A DNA stretch of 64,000 nt from Chloroflexota bacterium (lineage in GTDB: Bacteria; Chloroflexota; Anaerolineae; Anaerolineales; UBA11858), in NCBI GenBank assembly GCA_018263575.1, contig JAANWX010000002.1, forward strand, positions 7,552-71,551, written 5' to 3'. Position numbers and translations under genes: made by a program. Shown here piece by piece: positions 36,514-46,385 of the stretch. Each line of letters starts with the position of its first letter. The first letter of the stretch is position 1. A model generated the notes under the pieces. It did not search any database, had not been told where the DNA came from, and saw only the letters and a program-made list of their open reading frames with translations.

Positions 36514-37281
36514 TTAATATTTTGGTTTTAAAGTGGGGGCCGGTAAAATCACTTCCCCTTCGCGGTCATCCCCCACTGGGGTAATTTGCTCCGGTTTTGT
36601 GGCCGCCATCCAGGCAGTGTAGGCGGCCACGAGGGCGTCTAGCTCCTCGGCTGAATAGAGACGCTCTAATGGCAATGTGCCCTGTAAAATGCGATAGCGC
36701 GTGATTTCTTCGAAAACCCGCATGGCGTCTGGGACTTCGACGGACTTTGTGTGCAAGAGTATCTGGCGTTGTAAACGGCCTATCAGGGTTTTCTTTTTGA
36801 AGGGAGAGAGGCCCAATAACACACTATAGGCCGCATGGGGATAAACCTCAAGTGTCTGTAAAGGGGCTTCTTCCTGGGGATACTCCTGATAACCAAATTG
36901 TCCCAACCGGTTATAAATCTCGAAGCCAACTTGCATCCATTTCGGACAGGCTTCAATCTCAGCGCAGGTGCGAGGGATGCGAATATTGTGCTGAAAAAGC
37001 TGGTACTCCGCTACCCGAAAACTTGTCCATCGGCCCGGGGTCGGAGTTGGAGTAAGCGCCTGGCGTATATTCTCTTGCCGCATCAATTTTTGGTTAGGCC
37101 GCCGGGGAGAATTGATAGCCACAAAAGCAGATTTTTGCCCGCCCGCAAAGGCCAAGACTGCGTTGATATCGCCTTTGGAAAGCGCCAGGAGGCCCAGGTC
37201 TTGGTCCACGACCGCATAGGTGATGGGGCGCTCTCCCGCTGTGGGGTCTATGCCAATAAAAGAGGTATTACTGAATAACAT
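36514..37281 (-). CDS. DUF429-like predicted RNase H-fold protein
   Basis: N-terminal FIGIDPTAG and C-terminal ..EELDALVAAYTAW.. match a DUF429-style pattern. The similarity is judged from memory only. Confidence 0.4.
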   Translation of the reverse strand: MLFSNTSFIGIDPTAGERPITYAVVDQDLGLLALSKGDINAVLAFAGGQKSAFVAINSPRRPNQKLMRQENIRQALTPTPTPGRWTSFRVAEYQLFQHNIRIPRTCAEIEACPKWMQVGFEIYNRLGQFGYQEYPQEEAPLQTLEVYPHAAYSVLLGLSPFKKKTLIGRLQRQILLHTKSVEVPDAMRVFEEITRYRILQGTLPLERLYSAEELDALVAAYTAWMAATKPEQITPVGDDREGEVILPAPTLKPKY

Positions 37282-37464
37282 AGGTAGGAGATGGGGTGAG
37301 TGTCAGGTAGGCTGTACTATGAGTGTAGCGCAAAACCTCACTTCTGACAATGCCGACTTTTAATTTGGAGGGGAATATACTCTTGCCGCGAGCTTTATCC
37401 CATGGTAAATTAGACCCTCGATGATTTGAGATGATTAATACCCCCTATAAGGAGGTAATAAAGG

Positions 37465-38568
37465 ATGTCAAAGAAAAACAAAGTGAGCGTCTGGGAAGAA
37501 CCGTTGGAAGATTTTTGCACGCAAGCCTTGCGGAAAATGGATGTCCCCGAGGAAGACGCGTGCATTACGGCTAAGGTTTTGGTCGCAGCGGATAAACGAG
37601 GTATCAATAGCCATGGTGTGGCTCGCTTGCGCCGCTATATCAACGGGTTGCGCAGCGGGATGATGATCCCTCAACCGGATGTGCAAACCGTCACCGAGAC
37701 GCCCACCACAGCCCTTATTGACGCCGGGGGCGGGTTGGGCCAGCCTACTTCCCACCGGGTCATGGAACAAGCCATCCGCAAAGCCAAGGAACTCGGGGTT
37801 GGCTTTGCCACCGTGCGTAATTCTAACCACTATGGCATTGCCGGGTACTACGCAATGATGGCCTTAGAACACGACTGCATTGGCATTTCTATGACCAACG
37901 CTTCACCCTTGGTGACACCTACTTTTGGGCGCGATGCCATATTAGGCACCAACCCCATCGCCGTGGCCGCCCCGGCCGGTGAAGAACCGGCTTTTGTGCT
38001 GGATATGGCTACCAGCACCGTGCCGCGCGGCAAATTGGAAGTCTACAAGCGGCTGGAGAAGGAGCTTCCCCTGGGATGGGCCACGGACGAGACCGGGGCT
38101 TCATCCACCGACACCGAACGCGTGTTGAAAAACTTGAATCAACATCTTGGAGGCGGTTTGCTTCCCCTGGGTGGGGCCGGAGAGCTTCTGCGGGGTTATA
38201 AAGGCTATGGCCTTTCAATGTTGGTAGACGTTCTCTGCGCGGTCCTGCCCGGCGCGGCCTATGCCGATTTAGTTTACCCCAAAGATGAGGAAGGCAACCC
38301 GCTTCCTTCTGCGATTGGCCACTTCTTTGGCGCCTGGCGCGTGGACGCTTTCCGTCCCGTAGACGAGTTCGAAGCGGCCATGGACGACCTCCAACAGCGG
38401 CTTAAAAATACCCCCAAAGCTGAAGGTCAGAATCGCATCTATATCCCTGGCGAAAAGGAGCACGAAGAATCCTTGCGCAGTGAGCGTGAGGGCATCCATA
38501 TCAATGCCAAAGTGGCCGCTGATTTAGGGGCCATTGGGGAGGAGTTGGGCGTCGAGTATACTTTATAA
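37465..38568 (+). CDS. Ldh_2-family (malate/L-lactate/L-sulfolactate-type) 2-hydroxyacid dehydrogenase
   Basis: RBS aaggagg. ..ADKRGINSHGVARL.., NSNHYGIAGYY and PLGG..GYKGYGLSMLVD are typical of Ldh_2. Confidence 0.85.
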   Translation: MSKKNKVSVWEEPLEDFCTQALRKMDVPEEDACITAKVLVAADKRGINSHGVARLRRYINGLRSGMMIPQPDVQTVTETPTTALIDAGGGLGQPTSHRVMEQAIRKAKELGVGFATVRNSNHYGIAGYYAMMALEHDCIGISMTNASPLVTPTFGRDAILGTNPIAVAAPAGEEPAFVLDMATSTVPRGKLEVYKRLEKELPLGWATDETGASSTDTERVLKNLNQHLGGGLLPLGGAGELLRGYKGYGLSMLVDVLCAVLPGAAYADLVYPKDEEGNPLPSAIGHFFGAWRVDAFRPVDEFEAAMDDLQQRLKNTPKAEGQNRIYIPGEKEHEESLRSEREGIHINAKVAADLGAIGEELGVEYTL

Positions 38569-38601
38569 ACGGGCTTCACTATCTGATTCAGGCATAAAAC
38601 T

Positions 38602-39927
38602 ATGACAACGCAACCCAAGAACTACACTGTCCCATACGGAAAAACGGCTCTTGAATTCTCCCTTCCCCCTGGCATGCATGGGGCTGTCCTTACCTCTAAA
38701 ATGGTTGCGCCTGTGGGGGATGTGGAGGCCGCCATTGCCGAGGCCCTTAACCACCCTGTCAATTCACCGCCGCTGCGGGAGATGGCCAAGCCGGGGGATA
38801 CGGCCTGTATCGTTTTCACCGACATCACCCGCTCCAGCCCCGACCATCTTCTGGTGGGGGCCTTGCTGCGGGAGCTAGAATCCGCTGGCGTCCGTGACCA
38901 GGACGTGACCCTGCTGTGTGGGATTGGCATGCACCGCCCCTCAACCCGTGAGGAAAAAATTGCCAAACTGGGCCGAGACGTGGTTGCCCGTTATCGGGTG
39001 ATCGACAACGAGCCCCAGAACCCCGACGCTTTGGTCGATCTCGGCGTGACGGCAGGCGGCGTGCCGGTCTCAGCGCACAAAGCAGCGGTGGAGGCAGATT
39101 TGCTGATTGCCACCGGCCTGGTTGAACCCCATCAATATGCCGGCTACTCCGGGGGGCGAAAGACGGTGGCGGTCGGCGTTGCGGGGGAGCCGCTCATCGC
39201 CCACACCCACGGCCCGGCTTTCATTGATGATCCCCATACGCGCTTGGGGCGCATCGAGGGCAATCCCTTCCATGCGGCCATCACCGAAGCCGCTCATCGT
39301 GCGGGATTGAATTTTATTCTCAATGTGGTCTTGGATGATGAGAAACGCATTGTCTGCGTCAAGGCGGGTGAACCGGTGGAGGCCCACCAGCAGCTTGTCC
39401 AGTTTGCACGTTCTATTTACGAGGTGGCCATTCCTCACCAATATGACGTTGTCATTGGCGGTGTGGGCTTTCCCAAAGATGCCAACCTGTACCAGGCCAG
39501 CCGGGCGGCATCCTACCTATATTTTGCGCCCACGCCGGTGGTCAAGCCGGGCGGAGTCCTGATTGTGCCCGCGCCGTGCCAGGAAGGGGCGGGGGATGGT
39601 GTGGGGGAGCAGCGATTCTTCGAGGCTATGCGAGAGGCTCCCAACGTGGAAGCTATTCTCCGTGATGCCCGCGAGCATGGTTATCCCCCAGGTCAACAAC
39701 GGGCCTTTGTGATGGCCAAAGTCTTGGAGGCAGCACGAGTCATCATCGTTGGCAGCCTATATCCGGAGATCGTTGCTGATGCTAAGATGACGCCTGCCGC
39801 GACAGTGGAAGAGGCAATGACTCTTGCTGCTCGCGAGTTAGGGGATGATCTGGACGTTCTCGTTGTCCCCCACGCTTTGTTGACTCTGCCGATAGTAACA
39901 AGTAACGAGTCAATGTCATTTAGGTAA
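38602..39927 (+). CDS. LarA-like nickel-pincer-cofactor-dependent 2-hydroxyacid racemase/epimerase family protein (DUF2088)
   Basis: 441 aa. ..LCGIGMHRP.. and TGLVEPHQYAGYSGGRKTVAVGV (the Lys of GGRK corresponds to the cofactor-tethering Lys of LarA) are present, followed by the His-rich segment HTHGPAFIDDPHTRLG..GNPFH. Confidence 0.8.
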   Translation: MTTQPKNYTVPYGKTALEFSLPPGMHGAVLTSKMVAPVGDVEAAIAEALNHPVNSPPLREMAKPGDTACIVFTDITRSSPDHLLVGALLRELESAGVRDQDVTLLCGIGMHRPSTREEKIAKLGRDVVARYRVIDNEPQNPDALVDLGVTAGGVPVSAHKAAVEADLLIATGLVEPHQYAGYSGGRKTVAVGVAGEPLIAHTHGPAFIDDPHTRLGRIEGNPFHAAITEAAHRAGLNFILNVVLDDEKRIVCVKAGEPVEAHQQLVQFARSIYEVAIPHQYDVVIGGVGFPKDANLYQASRAASYLYFAPTPVVKPGGVLIVPAPCQEGAGDGVGEQRFFEAMREAPNVEAILRDAREHGYPPGQQRAFVMAKVLEAARVIIVGSLYPEIVADAKMTPAATVEEAMTLAARELGDDLDVLVVPHALLTLPIVTSNESMSFR

Positions 39928-40083
39928 GATTTTTGGCCCAGACCTGACAGGTTTTAGAGCACACTTTTAGACAGAAATATGCTCTTGGTTGCACCGAATC
40001 GAGTTAAAAATGTCGCGTCGGGAAACCTGTCAGGTCTACAGCCGAGCTAAACTTAATGACATTGAGGTTTTACTCATCACGCG

Positions 40084-42537
40084 TTATTCCTCGCCATGCA
40101 AAAAGACAAGGTGGTCTCCATTTCCTTTTTCATCGGCGACATCAACCACAACCACATCACCCTGGGAGAATCCTCCTTCGAGCAATCTCTTAGAGAGGGG
40201 GCTTTCTACGTATTTTTGCAAGGCTCTGGCTAAGGGTCGAGCGCCAAAGGCAGCATTGAATCCTTTGTTGGCCAGCCAAGCCCGCGCTTCCGATGTGAGG
40301 GTCACACCTAAACCATTCTCCTCGAGGCGAGCGGTAATTTCCTTCATTTGCAAGGCTACAATTTCTTGCATTTGCTCCAGTGAGAGAGGAGAAAAAGTAA
40401 TGATCTCATCGATGCGATTCATGAACTCAGGCCGGAAATTATCCTTGAGTGCTTTTTCAATCTTTTCTTGGGCCTGTCTCTCTTCAGCATCCTCAGAGCT
40501 TGACAAAAAGCCCAAGCTGCCAGAACGGCTCACGTATTCTGTGCCCAGGTTGCTGGTCATGATCAAAACGCTATTGCTGAAGTCCACCAGCCGCCCTTGT
40601 CCGTCCGTCAAGCGGCCATCATCAAGAATTTGGAGCAAGGAATTCCACACATCCGGATGCGCTTTTTCAATTTCATCGAATAAAATTACCCGGTAGGGCC
40701 GCCGCCGTACAGCTTCTGTCAACTGGCCGCCTTCCTCGTATCCCACATAGCCGGGAGGGGCTCCAAACAAACGGGAGGCGGTGTGCTGTTCTCGATACTC
40801 GCTCATGTCCAGGCGTACGAGGGCGTCTTCATCATCAAATAGGAACTCAGCTAGGGCTTTCCCCAATTCTGTCTTCCCGACCCCCGAAGGCCCAATAAAG
40901 ATGAAAGACCCTATTGGTCGCCGGGGATCTTTTAATCCTGATCTGGCCCGGCGGATAGCGTCTGAAATTGCTTCGATGGCGGCGTGTTGGCCAATAATGC
41001 GCTCATGTAAACGGTCTTCCATTTGGAGCAATTTTTCAGCCTCAGTCTCCAACATTTGTGAAACAGGGATGCCCGTCCACTGCGAAACGACCTCGGCGAC
41101 ATCATTTTCATCGACAATTTCGTCCAATTCGTGCTCTGACTCCCATCCTACGCGCATTTTCTCGAATTCATCTTCCAAGCGGCTGCGTTCGGTCTTCATG
41201 CGGGCAGCCCGTTCATAATCCCGCTCTTGACCGGCTGCTTCTTCTTCATTTTTCAACCGCTCCACTTCGCTGCGCATTTCCATGAGATCTGGGGGAAGTG
41301 AGTACAAAGCAACCCGCAATTTCGCTGCTGCTTCATCCATGAGGTCAATGGCTTTGTCCGGCAAATGACGGTCAGAGACATAGCGATCGGATAAACGCGC
41401 CGCCGCGACCAGCGCATCGTGTGAAAAGCTGACCTTGTGATGTGCTTCATAACGGTCTCGCAAACCTTCCAGCATAGCAATTGTCTCTTCTATGGAAGGC
41501 TCTTCGATATATACAGGAGCGAAACGGCGTTCGAGGGCACTATCTTTTTCAATATATTTGCGATATTCATCGGAAGTAGTGGCGCCCACGCACTGTAGTT
41601 CTCCGCGTGCCAAAGCAGGCTTGAGCATATTAGAAGCATCCATGGCCCCTTGCGCTGCGCCTGCCCCCACCACGGTGTGCAACTCGTCAATGAATAAAAT
41701 CACCTCACCTTCAGCGCGTTTTATATCGTCCACGGCAGCCTTGAGCCGCTCCTCGAACTCACCCCTAAAGCGGGAACCAGCGATCATCGCGCCCATATCC
41801 AGGGACACCACTCGCTTCTCGCCTAAAATTTCCGGGACGCTATTGGCGGCGATATTTTGGGCCAGGCCTTCTACAATGGCGGTTTTGCCAACCCCAGCCT
41901 CTCCAATCATGACCGGGTTATTCTTTGTGCGGCGGGATAAAATCTGGATCACGCGCAAGATTTCTGAGTCGCGTCCAATGACCGGGTCAAGCTTCCCCTC
42001 CCGGGCCAACTGCGTTAAGTCTCGAGAGAATTTCTCTAAGGCCTTGTACCGGCTCTCAGCTTTCGGGTCGGTGACACGTTTCCCGCCTCGGATGGTGGTG
42101 ATAGCCTCATATACTCGCTCACTACCAACCCCCTCCTCCTCTAAAATCCGTGACGCAGAAGACCCCTTTTCTTTTAAGATTGCCAAAAAGAGATGCTCAG
42201 TAGAGATAAACTCATCTTTCAAATTATTTGCTTCTTGATTGGCCACATCCACAACGCGCTTCACACGGGGGGTAATAAATATTTGGCCCGTTCCCCGACT
42301 ACCAAAAATAGCCGCTTTCTGCGAATTATTAAGCACGTAATCCAAGCGTTCAACAAGGTTCCCTTCATTGACATTGAGATAATCTAAAATCTGAGAAATC
42401 GCCCCTTCTGGTTGCTCTATGAGCGCAAGGAGGATGTGTTCGGTATCTATTTGATTATGCCCGTAGCGCTGAATAATCTCAGCCGCTCGTTGGGCCGCTT
42501 CTTGAGAACGTTCTGTAAAACGGTCAAAACGCATCAT
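40084..42537 (-). CDS. clpC: ATP-dependent Clp protease ATP-binding subunit ClpC (class I AAA+ unfoldase)
   Basis: The start is moved to [14 protein letters not shown] (RBS aaggaagg). It has two Clp_N repeats, Walker A motifs GEAGVGKT and GPSGVGKT, a short UVR-like middle domain ([15 protein letters not shown]) and an LGF ClpP-docking loop. Confidence 0.9.
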   Translation of the reverse strand: MMRFDRFTERSQEAAQRAAEIIQRYGHNQIDTEHILLALIEQPEGAISQILDYLNVNEGNLVERLDYVLNNSQKAAIFGSRGTGQIFITPRVKRVVDVANQEANNLKDEFISTEHLFLAILKEKGSSASRILEEEGVGSERVYEAITTIRGGKRVTDPKAESRYKALEKFSRDLTQLAREGKLDPVIGRDSEILRVIQILSRRTKNNPVMIGEAGVGKTAIVEGLAQNIAANSVPEILGEKRVVSLDMGAMIAGSRFRGEFEERLKAAVDDIKRAEGEVILFIDELHTVVGAGAAQGAMDASNMLKPALARGELQCVGATTSDEYRKYIEKDSALERRFAPVYIEEPSIEETIAMLEGLRDRYEAHHKVSFSHDALVAAARLSDRYVSDRHLPDKAIDLMDEAAAKLRVALYSLPPDLMEMRSEVERLKNEEEAAGQERDYERAARMKTERSRLEDEFEKMRVGWESEHELDEIVDENDVAEVVSQWTGIPVSQMLETEAEKLLQMEDRLHERIIGQHAAIEAISDAIRRARSGLKDPRRPIGSFIFIGPSGVGKTELGKALAEFLFDDEDALVRLDMSEYREQHTASRLFGAPPGYVGYEEGGQLTEAVRRRPYRVILFDEIEKAHPDVWNSLLQILDDGRLTDGQGRLVDFSNSVLIMTSNLGTEYVSRSGSLGFLSSSEDAEERQAQEKIEKALKDNFRPEFMNRIDEIITFSPLSLEQMQEIVALQMKEITARLEENGLGVTLTSEARAWLANKGFNAAFGARPLARALQKYVESPLSKRLLEGGFSQGDVVVVDVADEKGNGDHLVFLHGEE

Positions 42538-42684
42538 GGGGATAGCCTTCCTTATCTTGATGGATTGAAATCGATTCTGGTTCGCGAAACCAACCTTATC
42601 CAAGGGTGACGCGCGGCGCATTGGTTGATTCTAGTGCTATGTACCTAGATTATATCAAGTTGCCGTTAATAAACTATATGAATC

Positions 42685-42906
42685 GGGGAATCAGGAAACA
42701 GGGAATCAGGAAACCAGGGGATCAGGAAACCAGGGGATCAGGAAACAGGGGATCAGGAAACCAGGGAATCAGGAAACCAGGGAATCAGGAAACAGGGACT
42801 AGTGATTGGGGCCGGTGACTAGGGGACTGGGGGACTAGTGACTAGGAGACTACCAGACTAAAGACTACCAGACTAACGACTACCAGACTAACAACTACCA
42901 GACTAA
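42685..42906. repeat. Two abutting tandem arrays: 7 x about 16 bp (GGGRATCAGGAAACMA), then a (GACTACCA/GACTAAN)n octamer array
   Basis: ggggaatcaggaaaca gggaatcaggaaacca ggggatcaggaaacca ... then gactaggggactgggggactagtgactaggagactaccagactaaagactaccagactaac... Inverted versions of both arrays occur at 53479..53580 and 53749..53783. Confidence 0.9.
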
Positions 42907-44603
42907 GCCCTCATCTCATAAAGGTCTTTAAGGGCATATACGTGCTCTTGCCACACACGCTGAAAGCGTGCCTCATCGACGACGGGTTTGCGGAGCATAC
43001 GGGTGCAATACTCCATTTGCTGTGAGGTGGTACTGGGTTTGTTGTGAAGTTGGAGAGCGAATTGGGAAAAATCCCTGACCATGAAATCGAAAATTTGATC
43101 GAGTAGCGCATCTTCTATCTCATAAATGGGCGCGTTTTCGAGGATAAGCTGGCTGTACACAACCAGAGCAAACAACTCGCCTAAGGTGAGTAAAAAGTCA
43201 GTGTTCTTGCGCTGGCCCTCATTGGGCGTGGCCATGGCCAGGAACTCTTTGAAAACGGCAACTTGCTCTTTGAACACATCAAGATTAGGAAGCTCTCGAC
43301 TGTTGAGGGCAAGGTTATAGTCGTGGAATCGAATACGACCCAATCCACGGGCCTGACCCTGATTGAAGAGAAAATCGTCATTTTTTGGAGAATCCTGCCT
43401 GGGGAGAGGCTCGTACTCCTTGGGATTAAAGAAATAGTTGGGCATGAACTTGACGATCAGGGCGATGTTGACGTGAACGGTGCCTTCCAGTTTGGGCAAG
43501 GCGCGGATGTCCCGGGCCGCCATCTCGAAGTAGGTGTCATGCTCAAAACCCTTGGCGGCGATCACATCCCACAGGAGATTGATGACATCTTCTCCTTGGA
43601 GGGTGACCTTCATTTTTACCATAGGGTTATAGAGCAGATAACGCCGGTCTTCTGGTGAGGCGGCCCGCATGTAGTCAGCCGCCCGGAGGGCAAATAGCTT
43701 CATGGCTACCAGACGGGCATAGGCATCGGTAAACGTGCGCTTGACGTGTGGGAAATCAGTCACGTACATGTCGTAGAGACGGCGGTTGGCGGCATGGTTG
43801 ATGGACTCATAAAAAGCATGGGTGCAAATGCCAATAGAAGCCCAGCCTAAGTTATATTTCCCGACATTGATGGTGTTGAGGGCCGCGTTCCAGGCATCCC
43901 ATCCCTGCGAGAGAATCTCGTCTTCGGCGATGGGGTAGTCATGGAGAATGTATTGGCCCACGTAATTTTGACTGGCGGTGATATTTTTGACAAGTTCATA
44001 ATCCTGATGGCGATAGTCAGCGGTGAAAAACACATACTCGCCGGAGTCAGCCATCTTCCCAAAGGTGGAAACCATAGGCGCGATGTTCGCGTTGCCGATG
44101 TAGTATTTTTCACCGTTGGCGCGGTAGCCGCCGCCAGGCTGGGGGTCAAGACTCATCTCGGTGGAGTAGATGTCCGCCCCATGTTCACGCTCCGAGAGGC
44201 CAAAAGCAAACACCTCACCCGCTTCCAGGAGTTGGGCGGCTTTTCGTTTGAGAGTCTCGTTGTCACTCATCCAGATGGGGCCAAGGCCTAAAATGCTCAC
44301 TTGCCACGTATACCAATACGCCAGTCCATAAAAGGCGAGAATTTCATTGAACTCGCAATTCCGCCATGTATCCCAGCGGTAGTCTTCCCCCTGACCATAG
44401 GTGGACGGCGTGAGCAGCCTGGCAAAGAGCTTTTCCTCTTTAACAAATCCCAAGAAATCATCGTACCAGGCTCGGGCATGATCGTCCGCTTTGATTTTGC
44501 ACTTCCCCTTGGCTTCGAAGAATTGAATCGTCTTGTGCATCAAGTCTCGAGTAGTATCATCAGGGTAATAGCGCTTAAGGTTGTTAGGATTTAGAAGAAT
44601 CAT
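42903..44603 (-). CDS. Acyl-CoA dehydrogenase family protein (long form)
   Basis: 566 aa. ..FGLSEREHGADIYSTEMSL.. and YYIGNANIAP.. are present, followed by a C-terminal helical domain. Substrate is unknown. Confidence 0.7.
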   Translation of the reverse strand: MILLNPNNLKRYYPDDTTRDLMHKTIQFFEAKGKCKIKADDHARAWYDDFLGFVKEEKLFARLLTPSTYGQGEDYRWDTWRNCEFNEILAFYGLAYWYTWQVSILGLGPIWMSDNETLKRKAAQLLEAGEVFAFGLSEREHGADIYSTEMSLDPQPGGGYRANGEKYYIGNANIAPMVSTFGKMADSGEYVFFTADYRHQDYELVKNITASQNYVGQYILHDYPIAEDEILSQGWDAWNAALNTINVGKYNLGWASIGICTHAFYESINHAANRRLYDMYVTDFPHVKRTFTDAYARLVAMKLFALRAADYMRAASPEDRRYLLYNPMVKMKVTLQGEDVINLLWDVIAAKGFEHDTYFEMAARDIRALPKLEGTVHVNIALIVKFMPNYFFNPKEYEPLPRQDSPKNDDFLFNQGQARGLGRIRFHDYNLALNSRELPNLDVFKEQVAVFKEFLAMATPNEGQRKNTDFLLTLGELFALVVYSQLILENAPIYEIEDALLDQIFDFMVRDFSQFALQLHNKPSTTSQQMEYCTRMLRKPVVDEARFQRVWQEHVYALKDLYEMRA

Positions 44604-44753
44604 GAGGTGTTCCTTATTTTGTAGCCTTCTTGTAACTTCTCAATATTTCGGGGAAATGTAGGTCGAAATGGTATTTCGGTGCAAAGTTGCACTTTGCCTA
44701 GGCGAGTTACCAACTCGCCCTACATCATTCCCCGATTTTTTGAATAGATACCT

Positions 44754-44921
44754 TCAGAGTCGCCAGAGCACATTCCATGCCGCCGGAGAAATGTATCCTA
44801 AGTTGGATAAGAGTAGTATCGCGCCCACGCCAATTAGCAGCAACGGCCAAAAAACGGAGTGTGAGCGATGATGGGTTTTAGACGATGAGCTTTTCTTTGG
44901 TTCTTGAAGTTCAGGCAGCAT
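44754..44921 (-). CDS. 55-aa membrane protein (DUF5668/LiaF-TM-like), below the ORF-track size cut-off
   Basis: My translation is MLPELQEPKKSSSSKTHHRSHSVFWPLLLIGVGAILLLSNLGYISPAAWNVLWRL. RBS gggagg lies 6 nt upstream, and the ATG is 15 nt after the upstream stop. Confidence 0.45.
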   Translation of the reverse strand: MLPELQEPKKSSSSKTHHRSHSVFWPLLLIGVGAILLLSNLGYISPAAWNVLWRL

Positions 44922-44935
44922 GAATTACCTCCCAA

Positions 44936-45733
44936 TTAATACACGCTCACAGAGCTGACGCCAGTCTCAATCTCTAAATCGAGCTTGTTGGCGGCAGTTT
45001 CATAGTCGGGGGATTGGTATACTTTCCCTTGGCGGGGGAAGCGGTCCCGGTCGATGTTGACCGCAGCCAGACCACTTTGGGTTTGGATACGGGCCGCCAC
45101 GCCCTGGGGGATGGTGACCGTCACCGCTGCCGCACCAGCTTCGATTTTGGCCCGTGTGTGCCCCGCCGCGCCCGGCATGGTCACCGTGCTTGAGCTAGCC
45201 CCGGTTTGGAGGTGAAGATGGGTCACCCGCAGATCCCGTAGGTCAAGCTGCGTTTCACCCGCCCCGGTCTCAAGCTCTAGTTCGAGAGGGATTTCACGGC
45301 TCAGGCTAAAGTTCCAGCGGAAACCGGAACTTGGTCCCCATACCAAAAAAGGCATCCCATGCTGATCGGGTTTCAACTTGAGGACAAGTGTGTGGCCATC
45401 TGACTTGGTGCTATACGCCAATCCGCCCCCAAACGTTCCGGCGAGCAGCTCCCCTGGGGCTGGGGCATCGCCCACGAGGTGCAAGCGTCCCGCGCCGTGC
45501 TGGATGTGAACCCGTGCCCGTTCCGCCCCCTCCAGGGGAATGGTGACCTCTTCCACCTCGCGAGAGGGCTGGCCGAAGAATGATCCCCACAGAAGCCATA
45601 TCCCAGCCACGATCAAGAACAAAGGCCACAATAATTTCCAGGCGTTGATATCCAAAATGTTCAAATTGCTTAGGAGCAGTAATCCTCCGCCTAAGATGAG
45701 GAGTACGGCCCAAAAATAATTATCTCTTCTCAT
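44936..45733 (-). CDS. LiaF-like membrane protein (N-terminal DUF5668 helices plus a C-terminal beta-rich toastrack/DUF2154-like domain)
   Basis: YFWAVLLILGGGLLLLSNLNILDINAWKLLWPLFLIVAGIWLLW is followed by a repetitive beta-strand pattern (..LELELETGAGETQLDL..LHLQTGASSSTVTM..IEAGAAAVTVTI..LEIETGVSSVSVY). Confidence 0.55.
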   Translation of the reverse strand: MRRDNYFWAVLLILGGGLLLLSNLNILDINAWKLLWPLFLIVAGIWLLWGSFFGQPSREVEEVTIPLEGAERARVHIQHGAGRLHLVGDAPAPGELLAGTFGGGLAYSTKSDGHTLVLKLKPDQHGMPFLVWGPSSGFRWNFSLSREIPLELELETGAGETQLDLRDLRVTHLHLQTGASSSTVTMPGAAGHTRAKIEAGAAAVTVTIPQGVAARIQTQSGLAAVNIDRDRFPRQGKVYQSPDYETAANKLDLEIETGVSSVSVY

Positions 45734-45763
45734 GTTTTATTCTCCACTTCGTTGTGGTAGTTG

Positions 45764-46264
45764 TTATCTTTTCCGAAAGAAAGGGCGGACAAGCAAGATC
45801 AGGCCCAATAGAATCAACAAGGCGGGCCAGTAGTCACCTAACATGCCCAAGGCCCCAAAGAAGGATCCAAAGACACTGAAAAGAATCAGGCTGATGAGGA
45901 TAAGCCAGCCACCCTCCCGCCAAGAGGTGTCTTTCTCGCCGCCGAGAACTTTGGCCAGCAAGATACCTGTTCCCACAAATCCGGGGATCAAGGCCCACAG
46001 ATAGCTCCAACTTTCCCAGTTCCCGGTGGCGTTTTGATAGGTGAGTATGCCGCCGATGCCGCCCACAATACTGGCGGGAATAGCCATATCCGGCTCACCA
46101 GTCAAGGCGCCAATGGTGAAAAGAAAGAGACCGACGGCAATCACGATCCACGGCCAGGAGAATTGGATGTGGAATCCGGGCAAAATCTGGAAGGCCAATA
46201 AGACCGCCCCGATTAAGATCAACAGCAGTCCCCCAGCCATACTTGTCCTTTTCTTGTTTTTCAT
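45764..46264 (-). CDS. Small polytopic membrane protein (DUF5668-like)
   Basis: The start is moved to MKNKKRTSMAGGLLLILIGAVLLAF (ATG 46264). It has 5 predicted TM helices. Confidence 0.5.
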   Translation of the reverse strand: MKNKKRTSMAGGLLLILIGAVLLAFQILPGFHIQFSWPWIVIAVGLFLFTIGALTGEPDMAIPASIVGGIGGILTYQNATGNWESWSYLWALIPGFVGTGILLAKVLGGEKDTSWREGGWLILISLILFSVFGSFFGALGMLGDYWPALLILLGLILLVRPFFRKR

Positions 46265-46385
46265 TGCAAATCTCCTAAATCTATAATTATTTGATGTCAG
46301 CATATCATATTGGATTGTGTTCTCTCCATTGTGTGCGCTAAAATGTTGTTATTATTTCGCCAGGTCAAAACTAGCAGATCCTCTG

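Noticed and set aside
42538-42684. CIRCE (HrcA) or CtsR operator upstream of clpC
   Set aside because: Only a half-site-like atagcactag is present, with no inverted partner (GAGTGCTAA) and no GGTCAAA direct repeats. There is a TG-extended TATAAT, but no recognisable heat-shock operator.
42606-42818. ORFs that are mere translations of tandem arrays, e.g. 42606..42818(+) ..GIRKQGIRKPGDQETRGSGNRGSGNQ.., 60803..61000(-) ..[29 protein letters not shown].., 55268..55597(-), 1749..2068(+)
   Set aside because: Their periodic peptide sequences simply mirror the 7-16-bp DNA repeats. They have no RBS or start context and lie in intercistronic gaps. By contrast, the 57899..58096 ORF has repeat copies that differ at synonymous positions.
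42685-42906. CRISPR array interpretation of the tandem repeats (also 53479..53580 and 60847..61018)
   Set aside because: The units are 6-16 bp and directly abutting, with no unique 25-40-bp spacers. There are no cas genes in the window. These are micro/minisatellite-type arrays.
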